Shown: positions 56,040 to 64,000 of the stretch, in pieces
Layout of the letters: every line of letters starts with the position of its first letter
How positions within the stretch are numbered: the stretch's first letter is position 1
Origin: Patescibacteria group bacterium
GTDB lineage: Bacteria > Patescibacteriota > Patescibacteriia > Patescibacteriales > UBA12465
NCBI GenBank assembly: GCA_028687275.1
Contig: JAQUAK010000001.1
Coordinates: 420,213 to 484,212, forward strand
Length of the DNA: 64,000 nt
Direction: 5' to 3'
Notes under the pieces: generated by a model
Seen by the model: the letters and a program-made list of their open reading frames with translations, nothing else
Told to the model about the DNA's origin: nothing
The model's database searches: none
Translations under genes and position numbers: made by a program

Positions 56040-57506
56040 TTAAACTTTATAGCGATGTTGGATGTTCTTATCATCATTCTCTCTTTTTTCCTCAATTAAC
56101 TGTCTAGCCTGAGAGCGTAAATCTTCTAATTCCCCACCCTTTAACTCTTTAGCCTTCTTTAATAAATACTTAGCGTTATTCCTTTCTGGATCTTCTAAAA
56201 CTTCCCCCAATAAAACGTCTAAGATAGCGCCAATTTTGGGACTTGGCTTAATTTTCAGATTTTTAATCAAGCTATCGCCATTAATGGCCAGCATCTTGAC
56301 CGAAACAGGGTCGTGCTGAACTTTTTCCATCATATACTGCAAATGCCTCAGTTTATAAGGCATCGCCTTAGGAGTGCCTGAGCCAAGGCGATCAGCCACA
56401 CGCAAATGGATTAAGTCCTGCAAATTATCTCTTCCAACTTTACTCACTAAACGCCTAACTGAAGCGGCGGTCACCTCGCCAACATCATAATAAAACATAT
56501 GATTTTTGACAAGATTAACCACGCGCTCACGATCTTCATTCTTAAATTTCAAGCGGCTCATAATCTTATCAACCATCTTAGCGCCAATGTACTCATGATT
56601 ATAGAAAGTTACTTGAGAATTAAGAAAATGTTTAGCCTTAGGCTTACCAACATCATGTAATAAAGCAGCTAAACGTACTTGCCATTCCGAACTAGGACAA
56701 TTTTGCAAGGATAAAAGATTATGTTTGTAAACAGGATAAATATGATGGTGATTTTGGCGAACTCCAATTCCTTGTTCTAATTCAGGAATTATATACTGTA
56801 ACAATTTGCTTTCCTGCAAATTAGTAATGCCTTCAGCCGGTCTCTCCGAGCTAATAATTTTAATTAGCTCATCTTTAATTCTTTCTTTAGCCACAAACTT
56901 TAAACTACCCGCCAATTTAGTAATAGACCGCAAAGTTTTGGGTTCTAGAGAAAAGCCTAATTGCGCTGAAAAACGAATAGCCCTCATCATGCGTAATGCA
57001 TCCTCCTTAAAACGATCGGTTGGCTCACCGACAGCTCGAATAACTTTTTTACGAACATCTTTCCAGCCACCAAATAAATCAATTAAAACAAAGTGCTCAC
57101 TACCAAATTCATGCTCGCCATCATTATCCATGCGTAAAGCCATGGCATTGATAGTAAAGTCGCGACGCTCTAAATCTTTTTCAATATCATCTTCAAAGAG
57201 AACCTCATCTGGATGACGGCGATCATTATAGGCTTTTTCTGAACGATAAGTTGTGACCTCAGCTACGCCGTTTAAAGATTTATCTTTATTTCGACAAGGA
57301 ATAAGAACAGTACCAAAATCATTCTCATACTTTGCCTCTTTAAACAAGGCCAAAATTTGTTCTGGTCGAGCACTGGTAGTTAAGTCCCAATCCTTTGGCT
57401 CTTTCTCCATTAGGATATCACGAACACAACCACCTACTAATTCAGCACTGTAGCCAGCCGCATGCAATTTCTTTATTATCTTTAAAATGTATTCTGGAAT
57501 CGTCAT
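56040..57506 (-). CDS. cca: CCA-adding tRNA nucleotidyltransferase with HD domain
   Basis: GGCVRDILM, DWDLTT, RRDFTINAMA and an HD motif (LHDVGK). Confidence 0.85.
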   Translation of the reverse strand: MTIPEYILKIIKKLHAAGYSAELVGGCVRDILMEKEPKDWDLTTSARPEQILALFKEAKYENDFGTVLIPCRNKDKSLNGVAEVTTYRSEKAYNDRRHPDEVLFEDDIEKDLERRDFTINAMALRMDNDGEHEFGSEHFVLIDLFGGWKDVRKKVIRAVGEPTDRFKEDALRMMRAIRFSAQLGFSLEPKTLRSITKLAGSLKFVAKERIKDELIKIISSERPAEGITNLQESKLLQYIIPELEQGIGVRQNHHHIYPVYKHNLLSLQNCPSSEWQVRLAALLHDVGKPKAKHFLNSQVTFYNHEYIGAKMVDKIMSRLKFKNEDRERVVNLVKNHMFYYDVGEVTAASVRRLVSKVGRDNLQDLIHLRVADRLGSGTPKAMPYKLRHLQYMMEKVQHDPVSVKMLAINGDSLIKNLKIKPSPKIGAILDVLLGEVLEDPERNNAKYLLKKAKELKGGELEDLRSQARQLIEEKRENDDKNIQHRYKV

Positions 57507-57546
57507 AAACTGATATTAATTAACACCTACAAATTTAATTAAACTA

Positions 57547-58275
57547 CTATTTAGAAGCAAGGTCACGATACATAAAATATGTGTACACTAAGAAATAAGG
57601 AGTTAACAGCGCCCAAATGAGGTTAAAAACAACGGAATAAATTTCTTTAGCAGTGCCTTCTAAATACTCAAGAGGGATATTAGTGACAGATATTAAAATA
57701 ACAGCTATCAGCCCTAGAAGCATAAAACGACCAAAAACTGGCCACCAATATCTTTTCACTAAATCATAACTTTTTTCTACTGAAGAAAAAATACGTCCAT
57801 TTTCAAACACTACTACAAATAGAGCAAAAGAGTATAAAACGGCTACAATAATTCCCGGGATAATAAAGAAAATCATCAAGGCGATTGATATTAAAGAAAC
57901 TAATAATGAAGCCCATAAATAACGCCAAAAATATTTTTTACTCTCCTTGAAATCTTCATTAACACTCTTAAAGTTATTTTTTAATAACAACAGCAAACCA
58001 ATTTTAGAACGAGTACCGTAGTAAATTGCCCAGGCTAAAGAGGCTAAACCTAAAATACCAAATAAAACGTACAAAATAAAGGAGTGCCAATCTAAGCTAT
58101 AAAATACTAGCCAAGCCAATAGAGTCAGGATAAACAATGGAATTAAGCCAACTAAGCCCCATAAATACATGCCCACGAAAGAAATCAAACCACGCCAATA
58201 CAAACCCCATGACTTAGTTAGTGTTTGTAATGATGGCTCCATCTTAGGTCTTATCATGGAATTATTATCCTTCAT
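57547..58275 (-). CDS. Hypothetical integral membrane protein (about 6 TM helices)
   Basis: Hydrophobic throughout, with no recognised motif. Confidence 0.6.
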   Translation of the reverse strand: MKDNNSMIRPKMEPSLQTLTKSWGLYWRGLISFVGMYLWGLVGLIPLFILTLLAWLVFYSLDWHSFILYVLFGILGLASLAWAIYYGTRSKIGLLLLLKNNFKSVNEDFKESKKYFWRYLWASLLVSLISIALMIFFIIPGIIVAVLYSFALFVVVFENGRIFSSVEKSYDLVKRYWWPVFGRFMLLGLIAVILISVTNIPLEYLEGTAKEIYSVVFNLIWALLTPYFLVYTYFMYRDLASK

Positions 58276-58302
58276 AAATTTATTGATAAAATGATTAATT
58301 AA

Positions 58303-59316
58303 TTATTTCTTAATAAACTTTTTTAAAGAAGCGGCCAACTCAACTAAACGATTGGAATAGCCCCATTCATTATCGTACCAAGCTATCACCTTTAATAAAT
58401 CACCGTCCACCACCTTAGTGTTTTTTAAATCGATGATAGAGCTATAAGGATTGCCAATAATATCTGTAGAAACTAATTCCTCATCAGAAGCCCCAAGAAT
58501 ACCTTTAAGTTTACCTTTAGCCGCCTTAATAAAAGCCTGATTTACTTTATCCTCGTCTGTTTTTTTATTTAAAACACAGACAATATCACATAAAGAAGCA
58601 AGGGGGGTGGGAACACGAACAGCTAAGCCGTCAAAACGACCCTTTAAGCTAGGAATAGCTTCAGAAACAGCAATGGCGGCGCCAGTAGTAGTGGGAACAA
58701 TATTAATTGCAGCTGCCCGAGCTCGACGTAAATCGGCATGAGGACCATCTACTAAGTTTTGATCAGCAGTATAGGAATGAATTGTGGTCATTAAAGCCTT
58801 CTTCACGCCAAATTTTTCTCTAATAACCGCCATCGCTGGTGCAAGACAATTAGTTGTACAAGAGGCATTAGAAATAATATGATCGCTAGCTTTTAAGGTC
58901 TTTTCATTTACACCTAAAACGATAGTTTTAATTCCCCCCTTTTTAGCTGGTGAGGAGATAATAACTTTTTTTGCTCCCGCCTGTAAATGCAAAGAGACAC
59001 TTTCTTTATCACGAAAACGGCCAGTACATTCTAAGACTACATCAACTTTCAACTTCTTCCATGGCAACTGAGCAGGGTCTTTTTCAGCAAAAACAGCATA
59101 TTGCTTGCCTTTCACTTCTAAGCCTTTAGCAGTTCCTTTTACCGGATAATGATAAGGTCCATAACAAGAATCATGAGCAAGTAGATGGGCCAGGGTCTTA
59201 GTATCAGTTAAATCATTGATAGCTACAACTTTTAAATCAGGGTGGTTATCTAAAATAATTTTGAAAGCGGCTCGGCCAATACGTCCGAAGCCATTGATGG
59301 CAACATTTAAAGACAT
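58303..59316 (-). CDS. gap: Glyceraldehyde-3-phosphate dehydrogenase, type I
   Basis: NGFGRIGR, catalytic SNASCTTNCLAP and WYDNEWGYS. Confidence 0.95.
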   Translation of the reverse strand: MSLNVAINGFGRIGRAAFKIILDNHPDLKVVAINDLTDTKTLAHLLAHDSCYGPYHYPVKGTAKGLEVKGKQYAVFAEKDPAQLPWKKLKVDVVLECTGRFRDKESVSLHLQAGAKKVIISSPAKKGGIKTIVLGVNEKTLKASDHIISNASCTTNCLAPAMAVIREKFGVKKALMTTIHSYTADQNLVDGPHADLRRARAAAINIVPTTTGAAIAVSEAIPSLKGRFDGLAVRVPTPLASLCDIVCVLNKKTDEDKVNQAFIKAAKGKLKGILGASDEELVSTDIIGNPYSSIIDLKNTKVVDGDLLKVIAWYDNEWGYSNRLVELAASLKKFIKK

Positions 59317-59375
59317 AGAATAGATGGTTAAATATATTAAATTAATTATCTTTAATTATAGCACATTTTGGCCAT

Positions 59376-59400
59376 AAAAAAAGTCCCATAAACGGGACTT
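59376..59400 (-). terminator. Intrinsic terminator after PSP1 gene (minus strand)
   Basis: Stem agtccc / gggact with a 6-nt loop. It is followed on the minus strand by T7. Confidence 0.8.
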
Positions 59401-59412
59401 CTTCCCTTTTCT

Positions 59413-60264
59413 TTATTTACGTTTAAAACGTTTAAATTTGTTTTCTGGCACCTTCTCTTTCTTTTCTGTCCGTTTATTTGGATCAACTCTAACCACCAAT
59501 GATCTTTCGCCCACGTGCTCAGCCGGAAAACGAACATCAACCATCTTAGCCAAAATGTGATGACCAATAACAGTACCAATTCGTCCTTCTACTTTAATTT
59601 TTGTACCTAGAGGTGGCAATTCACTAGCCATGTGCTTATAACCTTCATATTCAAAGCTTAGACAGCACATTAAACGTCCACACATACCAGAAATTCTATC
59701 ACTACCACGATGAACAACTTGTTGTGCCTCGGCCATCTCAGAAGTAATTGAAGAAAAATCATTTACAAAACGACGACAACAAAGCTCTAAACCACAAGGC
59801 CCGCAATCACCTTCACAACGAGCTTCGTCACGTGAACCAATTTGCAAAAGACGAATATTTAAACTTAAACTAGCATTTAAATCCTTTACCAGCTCTCTAA
59901 AATCAACTCTTCCGTCAGAAACAAAAGCATAGGTTAAGCGATTACCAGCAAAAGAATGGCGGGCATCAATCAACTTCATATTCAAGTTATGACGAGTGAT
60001 TAAATCTTGACATAAAGACATGGCTATTTCACGACGATCTTCATTATAAACTGATTTTGCATCTTCTAAACTAGCCAATCTAAGTACTAGTTTTAATTCT
60101 GTTTCATTTTTCGACTTATCAATAAAACTAGAAATTTTTCCTAACTCACGACCTATTTCCGTATCAACAATTACAAAATCACCTACACCGGCTTTAATGT
60201 CGTCCGACATGGAGAAATCATAAACTTTATCCCAGGGTGAAAATTGCACCTGTACTATTTTCAT
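59413..60264 (-). CDS. PSP1 domain protein (YaaT/RicT-like)
   Basis: Cys-rich C-terminus (CEGDCGPCGLELCCRRF...CGRLMCCLSFE) typical of PSP1/RicT. Confidence 0.85.
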   Translation of the reverse strand: MKIVQVQFSPWDKVYDFSMSDDIKAGVGDFVIVDTEIGRELGKISSFIDKSKNETELKLVLRLASLEDAKSVYNEDRREIAMSLCQDLITRHNLNMKLIDARHSFAGNRLTYAFVSDGRVDFRELVKDLNASLSLNIRLLQIGSRDEARCEGDCGPCGLELCCRRFVNDFSSITSEMAEAQQVVHRGSDRISGMCGRLMCCLSFEYEGYKHMASELPPLGTKIKVEGRIGTVIGHHILAKMVDVRFPAEHVGERSLVVRVDPNKRTEKKEKVPENKFKRFKRK

Positions 60265-60336
60265 AATATAAACAAAGCCTCGCCAGTTTTCAAATATTAG
60301 CGAGGCTAAACAAAAATTATAATCTTTTTAAACAAA

Positions 60337-61131
60337 TTAAAGACTAAACCGAACAAAAGTTAGAATTTTAGTATCGCCTAACATATCCTTAACTTTCTTT
60401 TTGTCGTCCTTAATATACTCTTGCTCAACCAAGCAAACTTCACTGTAATATTTAGCCATCTTACCTTCTAAAATTTTCTCAATCATTGCTTCTGGCTTAC
60501 CTTCTTTTAATAACTGCTCACGATAAATATCTTTTTCGCGATCCATATCGGCCTGTTCTACCTCAGATGATTCTAGATATTTAGGATTAGCAGCTGCTAC
60601 TTGCATTGCCAGGTCCATTGCTAAATCATGCTTATCAGCCTTATCTAAAGCCACCAAGACGCCTAATTTACCACCTAAGTGTGAATAAGCGGCTAAGCTT
60701 GCGCCCTTAATAATTGCGTATCGTGTAATATCCATCTTTTCACCGATAGTTCCACTGAGGCTAGCCAAGCTTTCTTGAACGCTACCTTGAGACATTGGTA
60801 GGGATAATAAGCTATCTAAATCAGCTGGACGTTCACTTAAAACCAAAGCCATGACTTCATCAGCAAAAGCTTGAAATTTATCATTACGGGAAACAAAATC
60901 AGTTTCAGAAGTTAGGGTGAAAGCATAAGCTTCATCACCGGCTGGATTAATCGCTAATTTAACTAAACCTTCAGTAGTCTCACGATCGCCGCGCTTAGCA
61001 GCCTTAGAAATTCCTTTTTTACGCAAAATATCTACAGCTTTTTGTAAATCATTATTCGCTTCAACTAATGCTTTCTTACAATCAACAATACCAGCACCAG
61101 TCATTTCTCTTAATTGTTTTATTAATTCCAT
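60337..61131 (-). CDS. tsf: Elongation factor Ts
   Basis: LREMTGAGIVDCKKALVEANNDLQKAVDILRKKG (UBA-like N-terminus). It lies downstream of rpsB. Confidence 0.95.
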   Translation of the reverse strand: MELIKQLREMTGAGIVDCKKALVEANNDLQKAVDILRKKGISKAAKRGDRETTEGLVKLAINPAGDEAYAFTLTSETDFVSRNDKFQAFADEVMALVLSERPADLDSLLSLPMSQGSVQESLASLSGTIGEKMDITRYAIIKGASLAAYSHLGGKLGVLVALDKADKHDLAMDLAMQVAAANPKYLESSEVEQADMDREKDIYREQLLKEGKPEAMIEKILEGKMAKYYSEVCLVEQEYIKDDKKKVKDMLGDTKILTFVRFSL

Positions 61132-61178
61132 ATTATTTATTAATGTCAGAAAATAGTACTAGCTAAATCTAACAAAAA

Positions 61179-61874
61179 TTAATTTTTCAAATCCTTTTTA
61201 GCGTCAATGATAGCTGATTGTATAATTTCCATTAACAACTTTACTGTCTTAGTAGCATCATCATTGGCCGGAATTGGGTAGTTAACTAATTCTGGGTTTA
61301 CATTAGTATCACAGATAGCGATTACCGGAATATTTTTCTTACGAGCCTCAGCTACAGCTGTAGCCTCTTCTTTAATGTCCCAAATAAATAAAGCATCAGG
61401 CATCTTGTTTAAAGCAGTCAAACCGCCTACGCGCTCATTTAAACGCTTAATATCGCGATCAAAATCTAAGCGTTCTTTCTTAGTATATTTTTCTAATTTA
61501 CCAGTATCTCTTTTTTCAATTAAATCAGTATATTTTTTAACAGACTTTTTAACTACAGCAAAGTTAGTTAAATAACCACCCAACCATTTACCAACGATAT
61601 AAGGTTGTCCAGTCATTTCTGCCATTTTCTTCATTGAAGACTTAACCTGGCTCTTAGTCCCCACGAAAAGAATTAGCTTCCCTTCTTTAACTAATTTAGA
61701 CATAAACTCTAAAGCAGTCTCTAACATTTCACGACTCTTTTCTAAATCAATCACATAAATACCATTCTTCGCACCGAAGATATATGGCTTCATTTTTGGG
61801 TGCCAGCGATGAGTTCGGTGACCGAAGTGCATACCAGCTTTTAACATGTCCTCTAAACTTGGTAGTTTAATCAT
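61179..61874 (-). CDS. rpsB: 30S ribosomal protein S2
   Basis: LKAGMHFGHRTHRWHPKMKPYIFG. Confidence 0.97.
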   Translation of the reverse strand: MIKLPSLEDMLKAGMHFGHRTHRWHPKMKPYIFGAKNGIYVIDLEKSREMLETALEFMSKLVKEGKLILFVGTKSQVKSSMKKMAEMTGQPYIVGKWLGGYLTNFAVVKKSVKKYTDLIEKRDTGKLEKYTKKERLDFDRDIKRLNERVGGLTALNKMPDALFIWDIKEEATAVAEARKKNIPVIAICDTNVNPELVNYPIPANDDATKTVKLLMEIIQSAIIDAKKDLKN

Positions 61875-62015
61875 AGATTTTCTTTGTCTCCCGTATAATA
61901 CAGGACTTCCGCCCGTTCATTTATATTACAATTAATATAAATCAAGAAAGTATTCAGGCGTGACGTTTTTAATTATAAAAAGAGGTAAATCAAAGGAAGA
62001 ACCTCAACATGTCTA

Positions 62016-62044
62016 ATAATAGCCTAAAAAAATACCTCTGTCAA
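62016..62044 (-). promoter_or_regulatory. Sigma70 promoter for rpsB-tsf
   Basis: On the minus strand: TTGACA (62044-62039), a 17-nt spacer and TATTAT (62021-62016). The leader is about 135 nt. Confidence 0.65.
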
Positions 62045-62081
62045 GAAAATAGATATGCCAAATATAAATCTAGTTATCTAT

Positions 62082-63557
62082 TTATTGCTGGTAAAAATTA
62101 CTGTAACTTTGGTTAAAATCTTGTGCTAGTTGATTATATTCTGTAACGGCCGCGGTATAGTTTTTTAACTGAGACTCATAAAGCTGACGCGCTTTATCGT
62201 AAGCAGGAATTAAGTAATTATAAGTAGCAATATCACCACTATTTTTATAAGCCATCAGCTCCTCTAGCTGCGAGCTTAAAGACGCATAGCTAGCGTCAAG
62301 ACTTGCCTTCTGGATATCTAGGGCTGGTTTAGCTTGGTCCAACTGACTACGTAAAGATAAAATATTAGCCGCCTTAGCCTTAACAGTCTTCATCCCTTGA
62401 AATAATTTGCCACTAGTAGACTGCTTGATTTCCATTTTACCCAGTCTATCAGCCTTAAATAACAAATCTAATTGACTCTCATCAATAACTGCCTGTCCAC
62501 CTGTAATATTTGGCGGCACAACACCAACAGGAAAATAATTAGTTGTTTCTATATAGCAGTAGCCACTTCCAGATAAGGAATCTACTGCTGGGCAAGCAAC
62601 GCCGGCAGCCGAATGATTGCTATCAGGAAAATCTAAAATAGCCGCTCCATAACCGAGTCTACGTAACCATAAAACAGCTAAAAAGGTTTTATCAGCGCAA
62701 ACCCCTTTATCTAAATATAAAGTCTCAAACGGATAGTAAGGATTATTATTGCCGGCTGCTAATTTTTCATGATCATAAGGTAAATATTGGACAAAAGACA
62801 TGACAAAAGCCATCTGTTCGTCGCCGCTCAGGCCAATATTTTGAGCCAGGCTACTCAAGCGGTTCAAAACATTAATTGTTTCTTGGTCATCACTTCTTAA
62901 CTCAAGAAACATTCCGTAAAAAGCATCGCGGATATCACTAGGCTCTGAGCCAATAAAATAAGTATAAATCTTAGGGCTGGCACTATAACTTTGATATAAT
63001 TCAGGGCTTAATTGAACATCTAAATAATATGGCTGATTATTATACTGCCAAAGATAATGATAATTACTTCCAGTCTTTAAAAAATTTATATTTACTGGTA
63101 ACGCCGAGTCTGAAGAAATGCTAATTTTTTCTAAATTGCTATTGCTAATACCCAGGCCAAACTCCCTCATCAAGGAAAAAGCATCGGCCGGCCTTCCTAA
63201 ATAATTTAAATGATTATCGAGTGGATTAACATAATAAGCTTCACCATTAGCCTGAACACGTAGAAGAATCCTACCCTTTAACGAGCTGGCTCCAGATTTT
63301 TTAAACTGGTTATAAGAAATCTCACTAATCCCTAAGCCTAAATCACGCATAACATGAAAAGCGTCATCAGGACGACCAAGATAATAACGTTGTTTATTAA
63401 CTGGATTAAGATACCAAGCCTCACCGTGAGATTCTACTTGTAACAATATCCGGCCAGATAAGTCAGCGACAGCTTGCACAGTTAAAAATGGCCAGGATAA
63501 ATAGATTAACCCGACCATTATTATTACCCAATATTTTGAAGTAAATAAATTATTCAT
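62082..63557 (-). CDS. Secreted protein: two ~60-aa N-terminal repeats, a transglutaminase-like Cys-protease core and a C-terminal coiled coil
   Basis: Signal peptide, then GRILLQVESHGEAWYLNP...GLGIS twice. The core is GVCADKTFLAVLWLRRLGYGAAIL followed by NHSAAGV (Cys/His arrangement resembles the transglutaminase core). Confidence 0.6.
   Translation of the reverse strand: MNNLFTSKYWVIIMVGLIYLSWPFLTVQAVADLSGRILLQVESHGEAWYLNPVNKQRYYLGRPDDAFHVMRDLGLGISEISYNQFKKSGASSLKGRILLRVQANGEAYYVNPLDNHLNYLGRPADAFSLMREFGLGISNSNLEKISISSDSALPVNINFLKTGSNYHYLWQYNNQPYYLDVQLSPELYQSYSASPKIYTYFIGSEPSDIRDAFYGMFLELRSDDQETINVLNRLSSLAQNIGLSGDEQMAFVMSFVQYLPYDHEKLAAGNNNPYYPFETLYLDKGVCADKTFLAVLWLRRLGYGAAILDFPDSNHSAAGVACPAVDSLSGSGYCYIETTNYFPVGVVPPNITGGQAVIDESQLDLLFKADRLGKMEIKQSTSGKLFQGMKTVKAKAANILSLRSQLDQAKPALDIQKASLDASYASLSSQLEELMAYKNSGDIATYNYLIPAYDKARQLYESQLKNYTAAVTEYNQLAQDFNQSYSNFYQQ
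63117..63455 (-). repeat. Internal duplication (2 x ~60 codons) encoding the GRILL(Q/R)V...YYLGRP.DAF..MR..GLGIS module
   Basis: Residues ~35-94 and ~95-147 of the 491-aa product align motif for motif. Confidence 0.6.
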
Positions 63558-63560
63558 AAT

Positions 63561-64000
63561 TTAATCAACTAGAGTAATGAATAAATCTTCCTTAGGATGT
63601 TTTGATAGATGCTTAAAATCATTAATACAGGCAATTTTCACATAACCATCACTATCAATTACCAATTGGCTAATCGAAGCTTGATATACTTCTAAAGATA
63701 AAAAACCTAAAACGTCAGCACCCATAATACCCGTTAAAAAAGTTTTTATAATATTGCCATGGCAAAAAATAGCCACATTTTTTCCAAGATTTTCTCTAAA
63801 AATATTCGATAATAAGCGTCGGGTATGAATCTGCATTTTATCGAGCTGTTTATCTAAAACACGATAACTTACTAGCGACTGCTTACGCCTCTCTTCGGAA
63901 GTACGAAAATATTTCACCCGATGCCAAGCCTTCCAGTCAATTTCATCTAAGCGTTCATCAACTCTAATCTCTAAGTGGTGACGATTAGCAAAATAGGAGG
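63561..64000 (-). CDS. Histidine phosphatase (phosphoglycerate mutase-like) family protein, 5' end outside window
   Basis: The frame stays open upstream of the tracked GTG at 63917 to the window edge (..RLDEIDWKAWHR..). FCHGNIIKTFL resembles the C-terminal His motif of this family. Confidence 0.6.
   Translation of the reverse strand, partial: SYFANRHHLEIRVDERLDEIDWKAWHRVKYFRTSEERRKQSLVSYRVLDKQLDKMQIHTRRLLSNIFRENLGKNVAIFCHGNIIKTFLTGIMGADVLGFLSLEVYQASISQLVIDSDGYVKIACINDFKHLSKHPKEDLFITLVD

Noticed and set aside
59352-59579. A 75-aa minus-strand ORF overlapping the 3' end of the PSP1 gene and its terminator.
   Set aside because: It is out of frame with the PSP1 gene, runs through the terminator hairpin and has no recognisable features.

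Overview
This is a gene-dense, AT-rich (about one-third GC by eye) bacterial chromosome segment. All family calls come from motif recognition by eye; no BLAST, HMM or RNA-family searches were run. The standard genetic code applies, since TGA ends uvrC and the TagA-Nudix gene. The content looks like a small-genome Patescibacteria/CPR-type organism (inference): trimmed housekeeping genes, many secreted or membrane hypotheticals, FG-GAP and beta-propeller surface proteins, DUF4012, PSP1, an RRM protein and a TraD-like ATPase. I call 58 CDS. They are a corA fragment; uvrB-nudix-uvrA and uvrC; rplJ-rplL; a large envelope-glycan locus at 11.5-29.7 kb (DUF4012, GHL15-like hydrolase, Wzy-like, three GT4, Wzz-like, TagA-Nudix fusion, beta-lactamase-like hydrolase, M23 peptidase); xerC/D-like; ftsQ; alr; serS; dnaX; a ferredoxin/hypothetical/TraD-like ATPase operon; rpmA; pyrG; ctpA; tsaC; cvpA; metG; rsmI; secE-nusG-rplK-rplA; an RRM protein; a cyclophilin; cca; gap; a PSP1 protein; tsf; rpsB; a transglutaminase-like secreted protein; and a partial histidine phosphatase. 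I found no rRNA, tRNA, CRISPR array, transposase, reverse transcriptase or phage gene. Six items most deserve a second look. (1) A GC-rich 3.1-kb island (20.6-23.8 kb) encodes three diderm/Bacteroidota-style envelope proteins inside the glycan locus. (2) A dif-like 28-mer lies next to the Xer gene, exactly where the coding strand switches from plus to minus, which suggests the replication terminus. (3) The ferredoxin/unknown/TraD-like ATPase operon is tightly packed and has no other secretion genes nearby. (4) UvrA, UvrB and UvrC have all lost accessory domains. (5) A structured, ORF-free 330-nt region between uvrA and uvrC may be an ncRNA. (6) TagA and a Nudix domain are fused in one protein. 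Translation starts look Shine-Dalgarno-free, promoters are near-consensus TTGACA-N17-TATAAT, and two genes look leaderless.
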